Source: Octopus vulgaris
Taxonomy: Eukaryota
Direction of reading: 5' to 3'
Length of the DNA stretch: 64,000 nucleotides
Assembly (NCBI GenBank): GCA_951406725.2
Contig: OX597819.1
Location: 134,788,001-134,852,000, forward strand
Shown: one piece after another, positions 24,963 to 36,669 of the stretch
How the letters are laid out: each line of letters opens with the position of its first letter
Numbering within the stretch: the first letter of the stretch is position 1
Notes under the pieces: model-generated
Told to the model about the DNA's origin: nothing
Database searches by the model: none
The model's input: the letters and a program-made list of their open reading frames with translations, nothing else
Translations under genes and position numbers: made by a program

Positions 24963-25725
24963 ATATATTGGATTGGTAAGAATATATTTTTTGAATGACT
25001 TTTGTCAGTGTTGTGATTTTTTTTCCTTTTGACATTTGATACCCATTAGTTTTAGCTTACTTTAGAAGCAAATTGCATGTAATTTTGTTTACAGCTGTTA
25101 GTTCAGTGTCAGTTTTAACATGGAGTGCAAAAACGAACATTTTTGCCACATTTTACATTTTTATTACCATGAAGGCAAGAAAGCTGCTGAGGCTCAGAAA
25201 GAGATATGTGAAGTTTATGGTGTTGATTGCTTAACAGAACGCACATGTTAGAAATAGTTTTAAAAATTCTTTTCTGGAGATTTTTCTCTGAAAGATGACC
25301 AACGTTCTGGTTGACCTACTGAAGTTGATGATGACTGGATCAAAACCATAATTGAATCTGATTGTCATATAATTGTGCAAGAGAATGCAAAGATATTAAA
25401 CTGAAAATCATTTAAAATGTCTTGGACTCATTAAGAAGCTTGACATTTGGGTTCCACATGAATTGAAAGAGATTCACTTAACACAACAAATCAATATTTG
25501 CAATATGCAATGAAAGATGCATCTCAAATGCAACGAAAGATGCAACGAAAGATGCGACAGCTTTGTGTTTGTTGTGTAAATCATTTTCATCATTTTTTTT
25601 TAATATTATTGTCAGATTTTTCTGTCCAGTAATAGAAATGAAAAAAAGTTGTTCTGATTAGGACCTGAAAATGTATGCCTTCTGTAGTGGAAAGTAATGG
25701 AAAGGACTTTTTACTAACAAACTAA
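24963..25725 (+). mobile_element. Mariner remnant, internally deleted
   Basis: From ATG 25120: MECKNEHFCHILHFYY..EICEVYG..FSLKDDQRSG, later WVPHEL motif; in-frame stops. Confidence 0.8.
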
Positions 25726-26417
25726 AATGAAAAACAGGCTTTCATCCTTTCAGAATTGATTAAAAAATTACCAATTTGAACAACACTGGGGTGGTGGTGG
25801 TGGTGGGGTCAATGTAATTGTCTGACCTCCTCCCCTGAACTTGCTGACCTTGTGCCAAAATTTGAAATCGGAGTTGATTGTTCCTCCAAATTTGTTATAA
25901 AAAGTTTGGTGGTTGGAGTGACTTGGATAAAAATAACCCATTGATAGTTGAGCTGAGAGAATTTCGATTTCAGTAAAACCTGTTTCATTATTAACATGCA
26001 AGGAGAAATGACAGAAATGAGAAGAAATACAGGTTGAGAGAAGAATTCCCCAAAGAAGATATGAATTATTCATATGGACTGTCCTAGTGGTGGTGGTGGT
26101 GGTGATGAAGGGAGGAGAGGGGGACCAATGGCAATGACTGAAAACACACCAGCAGAAATTGAGAAATTACTAATAAGTGTTGTTAGAAATGAGAAGAGAA
26201 TGATGTCAATTGAGAAAATGGTTCTATTCCTGATTGATTGGGAGAGGTATTCTTTTATTTATTTCAGTCATTTGGCTACAGCCATGCTGGAGCACCACCT
26301 TTAGTCAAACAAATCAACTCTAGGACTTATTCTTTGTAAGCCTAGTGCTTATTCTATCAGTCTCTTTTGCCGAACTATTAAATTACAGCAGGTCGAGAAA
26401 TTAATTTTTTGTAACTA

Positions 26418-27613
26418 TGAGGGGCGTTCAATAAGTAATTCCCCTGACCCACTTCCCATAGCAGTAGAGCAACGAAACTTGGCACAGTTATTAGTCTTTT
26501 TCTACATAGGAACCACCCAGAGTTACGCATTTCTCCCATCGTTTGATGCGGCTCTGGAGACCATTTTTGTAGAAGAACCCAGCTTGGTCCTCCAACCTCA
26601 ACGTGACTTCAGAAATCAAGGCTGCATCATCTGGGAAACGCTTTCCTTTCGAAAACAACTTCATGATTGGGAAGAGGTGAAAATCAGAGGGTGCAAGGTC
26701 AGGAAAGTAGGGGGATGGGGAGGAGTTCATAGCCATACGCCTGTGCTTCTGATCTGGTGACAAGCGAGTTGTGGACCAGAGCGTTGTCTTGCAGGAGGAG
26801 GATGCCTTTGCTGATCTTGCCCTGCCTCTTGATTTTGATAACTTCTCTCAATTTCCTCAAAAGTGAAGCATAATAGGCTCCTGCAATTGTGGTACCCTTT
26901 GCCAGGAAATCTGTCATCACTACTCCGTCCTGGTCCCAGAAGACTGTGAGCATGACCTTGCCAGCGGAGGGCTGCACCCTTGCCTTCTTTGGAGGGGGTG
27001 AGTCACGGTGCTTCCACTGCATTGACTGGGCTTTGGTCTCTGGATCATCGTGATGGACCCAGGTTTCATCCTGTGTAATCAGTCTTTTGAAAAATTTTGA
27101 CTCATCTTCTTGCCACATCTCCAAATTCACCCTCAAGCACTCGACGCGTTCTTGCTTCTGGAAAGGCGTGAGCAACCTGGGAATCCATCTGGCAGACACC
27201 TTTTGCATATGCAAATGGTCATGAATGATAGTTTCCACAGACCCGGTACTAATCTTGACCTCATGGGCTATTTGGCGAATAATTATGCGTCGATCTTCCA
27301 AAATGGCAGCCTCAACTTGACGGACAGATGCCTCATCAATGGCAGAAGTTCTGATCATGTTTGAATTCACGATGCCAGCGTTTTATAAGGTCATATGATG
27401 GGGCATCATCACCATAAGTTACTTTCATTTCATCAAAAGTTTCCCGTGGTGTGCGTCCTTTCAAATACAAAAACCGGATCACTGCTCGACACTCAACAGG
27501 CTCCATTTCACACTTGACTCGGTTCAAACACCTGTAAATCAGAAACCACAATTAATTCAGAGCTGTAATTTGCCACTTACTCTATAGAGATATAAATGAT
27601 TGCACATCCCTCA
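26418..27613 (-). mobile_element. Mariner transposon, near full length, two frameshifts
   Basis: TA TSDs (26416-17, 27614-15), tgagggg/ccctca ends; ORF pieces with WIPRLL, TQDETWVHH, LLQDNA, PDLAPSDFHLF. Confidence 0.95.
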
Positions 27614-28029
27614 TAAATACTTTCAGATTTCGGACACTGGTAGAATGTGTCATATAAAACATCTTTTACTCTTAGCTTTGTTGAGAAAAGTTTGTATTTT
27701 CAAAGTTATTTCATTTTCAAGTAGTCATATTTCGGTAATTTCAACCAATCAATGACGTGTATTCAGCTGAATAAAATTACTGCCGTTGATTGTCAACAAC
27801 AACTTCCGGTGGTGTATATTTCGTTTGTCACTGTTAGTTATGACATATTTCATCTCAGTTATGTTTGTATGTATAAACGAGTTTATCTGAAGCACGTTTA
27901 CTTCATGGCACCACCATAATCGTTCGTGCATTTCTACTGCTTTTAGGTTTTTTTTCCTGTTTTTCAGCTATTATTTTTGGAAAGACTCCCCCCTCCCCCT
28001 CCAATTTCTTAATTTTTCACTTTTTTCCG

Positions 28030-28297
28030 TAACTCTAACCCTAAAATCCCAACTGTAACTCTAAAACCTTAACCTTAACTCTAAAACCCTAACCCTAACT
28101 CTAAAGTCCTAACCCTAAAACCCCCACCCTAAAACCCTAACCCTAAAACCCCAACTGTAACTCTAAAACCTTAACCTTAACTCTAAAACCCTAACCCTAA
28201 CTCTAAAACCCTAACCCTAACCCCCTAGCCCTAAAACCCTAACCCTAACCCCTAACCTTAACTCTAAAACCCTAACCCTAAAACCTTAAAGCTAAAA
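28030..28297. repeat. Degenerate (CCCTAA)-like interstitial telomere-type repeat
   Basis: aaccctaaccctaa / aactctaaaaccct variants with a duplicated block of about 70 bp. Confidence 0.85.
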
Positions 28298-28649
28298 CCA
28301 GTACAAATGCACGAATAATATCATAACTAACAGTGACAAACGAAATATACACCACCGATAGTTGTTGACAAACAACAGCAGTAATTTTATTCAGCTGAAT
28401 ACACGTCATTGATTGGTTGAAATTACCGAAATATGACTACTTGAAAATGAAATAACTTTGAAAATACAAACTTTTCTCAACAAAGCTAAGAGTAAAAGAT
28501 GTTTTATATTACACATTCTACCAGTGTCCGAAGTCTGAAAGTGTTTAGCTACAAAAAATTAATTTCTCAATCTGCTGTTCAAAGGGAAAAGATCCTATAA
28601 ACACACCAACATTGGTTGTCAAGTGATAGTGGGGGGCAAACACAGACAC

Positions 28650-28706
<57 letters not shown>

Positions 28707-29170
28707 CATACATACATACATACATAAGAGAACAAGATGTACGTTACGCCGCAATAATATATGTATAAAAATTATATATAAAAATACATGTTGTGTGTGT
28801 GTGTGTGTTATTTTTGTGTATGTGTGTGTGTGTGTTTTTTTGTGTGTGTGTGTTTTTTTTTGTTGTGTGTGTGTGTTATTTTTGTGTATGTGTGTGTGTG
28901 TGTGTGTGTTTTTTGTGTATGTGTGCGTGTGTGTGTGTGTATGTGTCTTTTTGTTGTGTATGTGTGCGTGTGTGTTTTTTTTTGTTGTGTATGTGTGCGT
29001 GTGTTGTGTATCTCTTAAATCAATGAATTTCGTCGCCCAATAAAAATATTAACGATATCAAAGTTCAAAAAATATCATTAATATTTTTATTCCGTTTTTT
29101 GTGTCGTCTCTTTGTGTGTTTTGCGTTCTTGTCCCATTTTGTATTTTTATATATAATTTTTATACATACA

Positions 29171-29206
<36 letters not shown>

Positions 29207-29904
29207 TGTATGTATTTGTACGACCGGTTTCTTTCAGTTTCTGTCTACCAAATCCAGTCACAAGGCTTTGGTCAGCCCAAGGTACCATGCAGTGGGACTG
29301 AACCCAGGACCATGTGGTTGATAAGCAATCCACTTACCCCACAGCCACTCCTGTGAAATTTAAAAACAAGTGAACAATTTAAGGAAAGAAGCAGTCTAGG
29401 AAACATGTCTACTAACACAGAAAATTGCATTGTGGGTAAATGAAACAACATCAAGACGATAGTGTTGAGAAGGGTTCAAATTGATAGAATTCCTTTTTTT
29501 TTAAAAAACCAATTAAACTCTTGCTAACCAGGTATCTGTTGGTGCCCTATGAGCTACAGAGAGAAATTTCAGTAATATATAAATTTAGCCAAATCTTAGT
29601 TCTCAAGTTCTAGTCTCCTTCCCCTACAAAAACAGTTCCTAAAGTCGGTGGCACCACTCCCCCAGGGTGGGTGGGAGTGGAAGGATCTGGTGGAATGGGG
29701 GCATGACATTGAAGAAAAATGGGGCAATAATGGAGTGGACAAAAAGGGTGCTATTACTTTTCTCAGGGTTAGAGAATAATGGAATAATTACTGCGAAGCA
29801 TTGTGTAGAATATATTATATAAAGGATTGTGGGTAAGGCCAAAACAATGCAAAGTAAATGCAAGGTAAATCACAAGAAAAGAAATATGTGAATTAATATA
29901 GACT

Positions 29905-30610
29905 TACCTTGTATTCAATATTTTGGGGTTATGACCCCATCCTCAAGAAATTGATGAATGTTGCCAATGTGCATGTGTGGAACGGACGTGTGCAGAAGGG
30001 TGTTGCTATAGCAACCAGCTAGCTTCCTGTAGCTCCTTTCTATTATTGATCTTGGGTTTCTTTTGATGTATGAGGATAGCCTCAGAGATTCTAAGGTTGC
30101 CCCTGTTCTACTGTGTTACCTTGATGTGCTCTGTGAATTCCCAGGTCTGGCATTTCTGTAGATGTTTCTTCACGGAAGTGTTTGCATGCATGTGTTCCTT
30201 AATGCGTACATGCAGTTTTCTTGTCATGCTTTCAATGTAGGATGTGCCACATTTTCCACAGATGATCTCATATACATCATAGGTCCTCTGGCACAATTCA
30301 GGGTTCTTGATTGGTGGCAGTTCGACAATGTGCACTCCTCAGAGTAGTGAGAGCTGTTGTTCTTGGACAGAACTTTTCTTAGGGAAGGACTGGTGTGCAC
30401 TATCTGTATGCTGAGTCCTTCCCTGCAGACTGCGTGTTGTATCACTGCAGTAGTTCTGTTGTCAAAGTGTGGTAGCTTTAGGAAGCACCATGCCAGACTT
30501 GAGAGTATGCTGGTTCTTCCGGGGTTTATTGACCTTGATGTTCTTCAGGTGCTGTTGTTTAGATAAAGATGGTGGGCAGCCATTCAGGGTTAGATCTCTG
30601 AGGAACTGTT
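29905..30610 (-). mobile_element. Penelope-like element 3' fragment (GIY-YIG endonuclease)
   Basis: VYEIICGKCGTSYIESMTRKLHVRIKEH is the PLE GIY-YIG signature; degenerate hammerhead at about 29914-29949 just downstream. Confidence 0.85.
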
Positions 30611-30852
30611 TGGTATAGAGAAAATAGTGCTTAAAAACCAATTTGTACTAAATTGTTTCAAGTTGGTTGTTTTCTCAAAACAAGAACAAAAATAAGTTTA
30701 AAAAACCCAAAAGCTTTACTCATGAAATTTGTCATAAATTTCCAAAAGGATTTCTTAAGAAAGATATATCACAAGCTAAAAGCTGTGTCAACAACAACAA
30801 TAATGGCAGCAAGAGTAGCAGCTGCAACAAAAATTAAAAGATAAGTATATAC

Positions 30853-30900
<48 letters not shown>

Positions 30901-31027
30901 AGGATGTAATTCTTCTTGCTTTACTGCCATACCAGACATTGTTAGCAGTATTCCCTTGGGATCTCCTATGCCTACCACTGAACACTTTTCACACCAATGC
31001 CATACGCAGGGGTGAGTGTATATATGT

Positions 31028-31435
31028 GTTTATTCTTTTACTCCTTTATGTGTTTCAGTCATTTGACTGCGCCCATGCTGGGGCACCGCCATAAAGGATT
31101 TTAGTAGAAGAAGAATTCTACCCCGGACTTATTCTTTGTAAGCCTAGTACTTATTCTATTGGTCTCTTTTGCTGAACTGCTGAGTTACAGGGACATAAAC
31201 ACACCAACATTGGTTGTGAAGCAATGGTGGGGGGACAAACACAGACACAAAGACACACACATACACACACATATATACAACAGGCTTCTGTCAGTTTCCA
31301 TCTACTAAATCCACTCACAAGGCTTTGGTCAGATCGAGGCTATAGTAGAAGACACTTACCCTTGGTGCCATGCAGTGGAACTGAACTCGGGACTCTATGG
31401 TTGGGAAGCAAGCTTCTTACCACACAGCCACACCT
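31028..31435 (-). mobile_element. Family B SINE
   Basis: Matches 16242-16680. Confidence 0.85.
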
Positions 31436-31451
31436 GTATATGTATATTAGC

Positions 31452-31640
31452 ATCATCATCATCATCATAATCATCGTTTAACGTCCGTTTTCCGTGCTAG
31501 CATGGGTTGGACGGTTTGACTGGGGTCTGGAAAGCCAGGAGGCTGCACTAGGCTCCAGTCTGATCTGGCAGAGTTTCTACAGCTGGATGCCCTTCCTAAC
31601 GCCAACCACTCTGTAAGTGTAGTGGGTGCCACTGGCACTG
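31452..31640 (-). mobile_element. RTE 3'-tail short repeat (family A)
   Basis: Family A consensus. Confidence 0.85.
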
Positions 31641-31930
31641 AGGAGAATGAAGAATTTGGACAATTGAGCAATTATTATGAATTAATAATAAACAAAGTTT
31701 AAATGTTCAAATTCTTCATTCTTCTTCTTATCAATTTTGTACTTTACACTCTAAGTAGCCAGGAAAAACCTGCAACATCAGATGGAGTTAAAGGAAATTT
31801 ACCATAAAGTGCAGCACCATCTGAAGGAACTAGCCTTGGCATTTTACAAAGAGAAATTTGGCATTTGTCTGGATATTATATCCCTCCTCTTACTAAGATA
31901 TATATATATAATTATACACAAAAGTCTGTA

Positions 31931-31973
<43 letters not shown>

Positions 31974-32219
31974 ATGTGTGTGTCAGTCATACCTTGCTAC
32001 AATGTTTTGTGTTATGCATCTTGGAATGCTCTGCTTGCTAGAAATGGTAGCCAGATCTCCTTCACATCTTGTAATTTTAGAAAACACAATGACACATTGG
32101 AAATTGTAATCCTAGATACTCGGTGCTTGAAAGGACAGGTTGGTCATGGTTAGAATTCATTTGATTCTAGTTTTGTTTGATCAAGGCTAACCTGGCAGTT
32201 GGAAGATTATTTAATAGTA

Positions 32220-33138
32220 TTGAGTCATCCAATAGATAATGCAGTTTTTTATGTTACTTTTATTTTTCAAAATTAAGATAAACAAAGTTCTATTTTAATC
32301 TAAAATATACTCTCCTTCATTTTCTACAATGCTCTTCCGCCTGTCTGGTAGACTTGCAAGGCCCCTCTTCCAAAATTCACTTGTCTGTAATGAAAAGTAC
32401 TCCTCCAGTACTGTTCTGGACTCGTCTACAGAATTCATATTTTTTCCGTCCAAATGATTTTGAAGACTGCAGAATAAATGAGAATCAGATGGGGCAATGC
32501 CTGATGAATATGGTGGGTGGGAGTTCATCTCCCATTCAAACTGCTCCAGCCTTTGGAATGTCATCCTCATTGTATGTGGCCGAGCATTATCCTGATGGAA
32601 GAAAACCTTTCGTCTTGAAACCAAAGATGGTAATTTTCCTTCTAGTGTTGACTTGAATGACTGGTTAAAAGACCAAATCCAAGCTTCTCTGCTAGTTCTT
32701 CAACAGTTACGATGGGGTTTTGCTCCACCAGGGTTTGCAAGACATCCTCATCGAGCTCTACAGTTCTTCTAGAATGAGCTTTTTCTAGGCTGTAGTTTCT
32801 GACTTGGAATTTCTGAAACCACTGTTGACACTGGCTTACGCTTATTGTCCAACCCCCAAAGACTGCATTAATATTCCTCACACTTTCTGTTGCGCTGTTG
32901 TTTTTCTAGAACTCATAAAACAAAATATGCCAAATATGTTCTTTTGTCACTTCCATTACAGCTTCGAAAAAATAACTGTTAAAATCGAACACCACTCTTC
33001 AAAACTTGGACTAAGAATAAGGACACGGTAAAATTACTACCTGCCTTTATAGCAAGTTGATGCAGGTAGTTTATCTTGTCCCCCTTCAACTTCTAGGTAA
33101 TGCAATTGAAAAACCTCATTGTTTATGGGATGACCCAA
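32220..33138 (-). mobile_element. Mariner, internally deleted, both TIRs present
   Basis: TA|ttgagtcatccaatagataatg ... cattgtttatgggatgacccaa|TA; FHQDNARPH, HPPYSSGIAPSDSHLF. Confidence 0.92.
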
Positions 33139-33225
33139 TACATGTACAATTGTTTGAGAAGCTAAATTTATATCATAATATTTATTTTGTTACTACATAT
33201 GCATTTTTTTCCCCTTTTCTCATAG

Positions 33226-33351
33226 ATATTGATGAATGTGCTATGCCATCTAAATGTTCTGGTTTTGGTGAATATTGTTTCAATGTTCCTGGAAGTTTTC
33301 AGTGTAAATGTAAGACAGGATATGTCTCAAATAATGGTACTTGTGAAATTC
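33226..33351 (+). CDS. Exon 7: calcium-binding EGF (DIDECAMPSKCSGFGEYCFNVPGSFQCKCKTGYVSNNGTCEI)
   Basis: catag acceptor, C|gtaagt donor, 126 nt; DIDEC and CxNxxGSFxC motifs. Confidence 0.95.
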
Positions 33352-33449
33352 GTAAGTATTTTGACTTTGCATATTCTATTTACTTTACATATGTGTGACT
33401 GTGTATGCATGTAGGGCATTGAATATTTATGTTTGTACACCTGTATGTT

Positions 33450-33835
33450 GTGGAGGCGCAATGGCCCAGTGGTTAGGACAGCGGGCTCACGGTCATAGGA
33501 TCACAGTTTCAATTCCCAAACCAGGCATTATGAGTGTTTATTGAGCAAAACCATCTAAAGCTCCACGAAGCTCTGGCAGAAGGTGGGAATGGCAAACCCT
33601 GCTGTACTCTTTCACCACAACTTTCCCTCACCCTTTCTTCCTGTTTCTGTTGTACCTGTATTTCAAAGGGTCAGCCTTATCACACTCTGTGTCACGCTGA
33701 ATCTCCCTAAGAACTACGTTAAGGGTACACATGTCTGTGGAGTGCTCAGCCACTTGCACATTAATTTCACGAGCAGGCTGTTCCATTGATCGGATCAACT
33801 GGAACCCTCGTCATCATAACTGAAGGAGTGGCACA
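33450..33835 (+). mobile_element. tRNA-derived SINE (family C)
   Basis: ggaggcgcaatggcccagtggttagg (A-box-like) ... gtttcaattcc (B-box-like); tail shared with 20095-20385. Confidence 0.75.
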
Positions 33836-34049
33836 ATATACCTGTATGTGTATTCATAGGTTTCTATAAGCTAGGATTTATGCATGCTGTGCTTTGTGCA
33901 TCCAATTTATGACAGATTAAGTCAATTGCTACATGAACTTTGAGTATCAATAGCAGAGGCCATCTTGTTGCAAGCATTCAATCCAGATCTCTGATTTGAA
34001 GATAATTTCTCCCCCAGGGGTCATAGGCACTTCCCTTCTCTCCCTCATT

Positions 34050-34412
34050 CATCATCATCATCCTTTAACGTTTGCTTTTCATGCTAGCATGGGTTAGACG
34101 ATTTGACTGAGGACTGGTGAACCAGATGGCTGCGCCAGGCTCCAATCTGATCTGGCAGAGTTTCTACAGCTGGATGCCCTTCCTATCTGAACGTGATAAT
34201 GCCAGGACCGTCTGACTGGCTCCTGTGCTGGTGGCACGTAAAAAGCACCCACTACACTCTTGGAATGGTTGGCATTAGGAAGGGCATCCAGGTGTAGAAA
34301 CCTTTCCATATCAGATTGGAGCTTAGTGCAGCCTCCTGGCTTGCCAGTCCTCAGTCAAACCGTCCAACCATGCCAGCATCTAAAACAGATGTTAAGCAAT
34401 TATGATGATGAT
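34050..34412. mobile_element. Two family A repeats head-to-head (inverted pair)
   Basis: 34050-34185 (minus) and about 34190-34412 (plus). Confidence 0.85.
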
Positions 34413-34562
34413 GAAGACAATGATACTTAATTTGATAAAATTAAATATAACGATATATATTTAATTAAATATAGTTTGAGTATTCTTTGGATTTTATACT
34501 CTTCTACCAATGTTGGTACATTTTGTAAGTATCTGGTCAGGTTTATATTTTCTGTATTACAG

Positions 34563-34696
34563 TTGCCAACAAAAACAAATTTTCTGGATCCATGTCAATT
34601 AATCTGCGAGATATAACGCAAATCCAAATGGCAAAAAAACTGGCTGACAAATCCAGTGCAGAATATAAAACTACTAGTGAAGAAATGAAAAAATCA
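34563..34696 (+). CDS. Exon 8: SEA-like domain, N-part (FSGSMSINL...LADKSSAEYKTTSEEMKKS)
   Basis: ttacag acceptor, TCA|gtaagt donor, phase 1 to 0; LxDxxSxEY helix typical of SEA domains. Confidence 0.85.
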
Positions 34697-35174
34697 GTAA
34701 GTACACCCTTCTTGTCTTCAATTTGAATTTGCTAGAAATGCTTCCCATATTTGGCTGAAACACACCTGTAATTGAAAAGTAGAATAAACCTGGCTGATTG
34801 CATTTGATGAATATGTATTTGTTAATACATTCCTCCATTTAGTGGGGTTTTTTCCTTATGATGTTGTACTTAGCCTAATACAAATGAAGAAATTCCATTT
34901 TCTTGATCAAACCAAAGATTTTGTGATCCCTTAGTCTCTATTGATCTTTCATTGGTCATCAACTCAGTTTACAAAAGAGTTTCTACAAGATTGTAGCTGC
35001 AAGTTGCTAGAAAAAACAACAAAATTACCTCAAATCACACCCTACCGTCTTGTGAGAGATTGTGTGATCCTTTATTTACTTTGCCTGAAGTTGATGTTTG
35101 ATCTTTTACCAATGTAATGCTTCTCTCAACGAACTATCGTTTCTGTGTCTATAGAATATGAAAATGAAATTTTT

Positions 35175-36335
35175 GCCTACAGTGCTAAGGTGCACCACAA
35201 CTTTAAAAAAAAAATAAAAAGGGACATCAGGTGAACTGTCCATGAATTTCAGGAGGCATGGAAGTTTTGAAAGATGCAGTGTCTTGAGAGCAGGTAGTTT
35301 ATTCCATGCTTCAGCAATTCTGAGCATGAAAAGATGTTTACAAAAGTCATGGGTGCTGTGCTGTTTTTTTTTTTTTATTTTATAAGCATGTCCACGAGTG
35401 TTTGATATATGGAATTCAAAAAGGGGCCCAAAGTTGTTGCTGGAAAGATGATGGATAATCTTGTGGGTGCCAACCAAGTCAGTCACCAGACATCCGAGAT
35501 TCAGTGTACCCATTCCCAGGAAGCGAGTATTTGTTTTGTTGCACATTTCTGAACAGTTTCCATGAGATTTATATGCTGAGCAAGATAGAGGTTCCAGACA
35601 GGTGATGCAAACTCTAAGTGTGGACATACCATAGTCAAATACGGCTTTAAATTGATAGTTGGAGAGACAAAGGTCTTACTGAGTGATGCTAGGACACCCT
35701 CAGCCTTCTTGACAATCTCAGAGATGTGGTTTGTCCAGGGAAGATCGCTGTTTACAATTATATCCAGATCTCGTTCACTAACAGTCTTCTTGAGATTGGT
35801 GTTGCTGAGGGAGTATGTAAAAGCTGGGTTTTTCCTCTCAAAATGCTTGGTGACGCACTTGTCCACAGCTAGCTTGAGTTGCCAGTCAGATACACTGCTG
35901 CATTGTGTCCACCTCTGATTGCAGGGAAAGTTTATAGTGTATAAGAGCTGTTCTTTTTTATTTTGAGGTACTGCTTGATGTTATCTGCATATTTCAACAC
36001 TATAACTTTCTTCAAGTTAGTATCTCTATCATTAGTATATGCAACAAACAGTAGGGGTCTAAGAATGGATCCCTGTGGTACACCAGATGTCATCTCATAG
36101 GGTGAAGGATGATGTCCTAGAACCATAACTGCCTCTTTTTGACCAAGAAAGAAGGACTTCAGCCAGTTATAGAGATCAGCTTTCATACCCATTGCTGAGA
36201 GTTTTACCACAAGTCATTTGTGTGATATAGAACTGAAGTCCAGATAGGTAGCATCCACCCATGAGCCACCATCAGCAATTCAAGTGATGTTCTCAAGAAA
36301 CTCAATACGTTGGCCACAGCAGTTGGAGTTAGAGT
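35175..36335 (-). mobile_element. CR1/L2-group LINE, decayed RT
   Basis: SGVPQGSILRPLLFVAY, KYADN, ERDLDIIV, HLEFASPVWN. Confidence 0.9.
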
Positions 36336-36389
36336 TTTGATCTTAATGATAATGCTACAAATAATATTCTGTGGATTCTTATATTTTAG

Positions 36390-36457
36390 ATACTTGACAA
36401 AATTGGAACAGATAATGTTGTTGTAATTGACGACATCGTGACGGATAAAAGCAACCG
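36390..36457 (+). CDS. Exon 9 (68 nt): SEA-like domain, middle (ILDKIGTDNVVVIDDIVTDKSNR)
   Basis: ttttag acceptor, CG|gtaagt donor; phase 0 to 2 exactly bridges exons 8 and 10. Confidence 0.85.
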
Positions 36458-36669
36458 GTAAGTGTTCATTATTTATTATTATTAATGTTTCATCAATCTT
36501 AGAACTCTCCTGATAATCCTTGCTGTCCCTAAGAGACAAACTTTCTCTAGGAGCTTTACTAGGCATTCTTCCTATTTCAAACTTTAAGGGATTCTATTTT
36601 ATTATTATTATTTTTATTACTGGGTGAGAGAGCAGTGCATGCATGCCATCAAAGTGTCATGTAGGCCAT

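Larger units (their letters stand above)
26385..28595. mobile_element. MITE/non-autonomous DNA element with about 260-bp TIRs and a telomere-like core; left TIR split by a mariner
   Basis: 26385-26417 plus 27614-27843 is the reverse complement of 28321-28578; right terminus ...gggaaaagatcc. Confidence 0.85.
26262..29352 (-). mobile_element. Family B SINE interrupted by nested insertions (pieces 26262-26388 and 28598-29352)
   Basis: The two pieces are contiguous in the family consensus. Confidence 0.75.

Noticed and set aside
26491-27551. SETMAR-like gene or active transposase
   Set aside because: No SET domain, two frameshifts, one TIR mostly deleted.
28030-28297. True telomere or chromosome fusion scar
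   Set aside because: Short, degenerate, single orientation and enclosed by TIRs.
22413-33225. Additional EGF exons in the 10.8-kb intron
   Set aside because: No Cys-patterned segment with splice sites was found by eye; small exons could have been missed.
33450-33530. tRNA genes (also heads at about 16600-16680 and 49130-49203)
   Set aside because: Pol III box-like motifs continue into repeated SINE bodies, and I could not fold a full cloverleaf.
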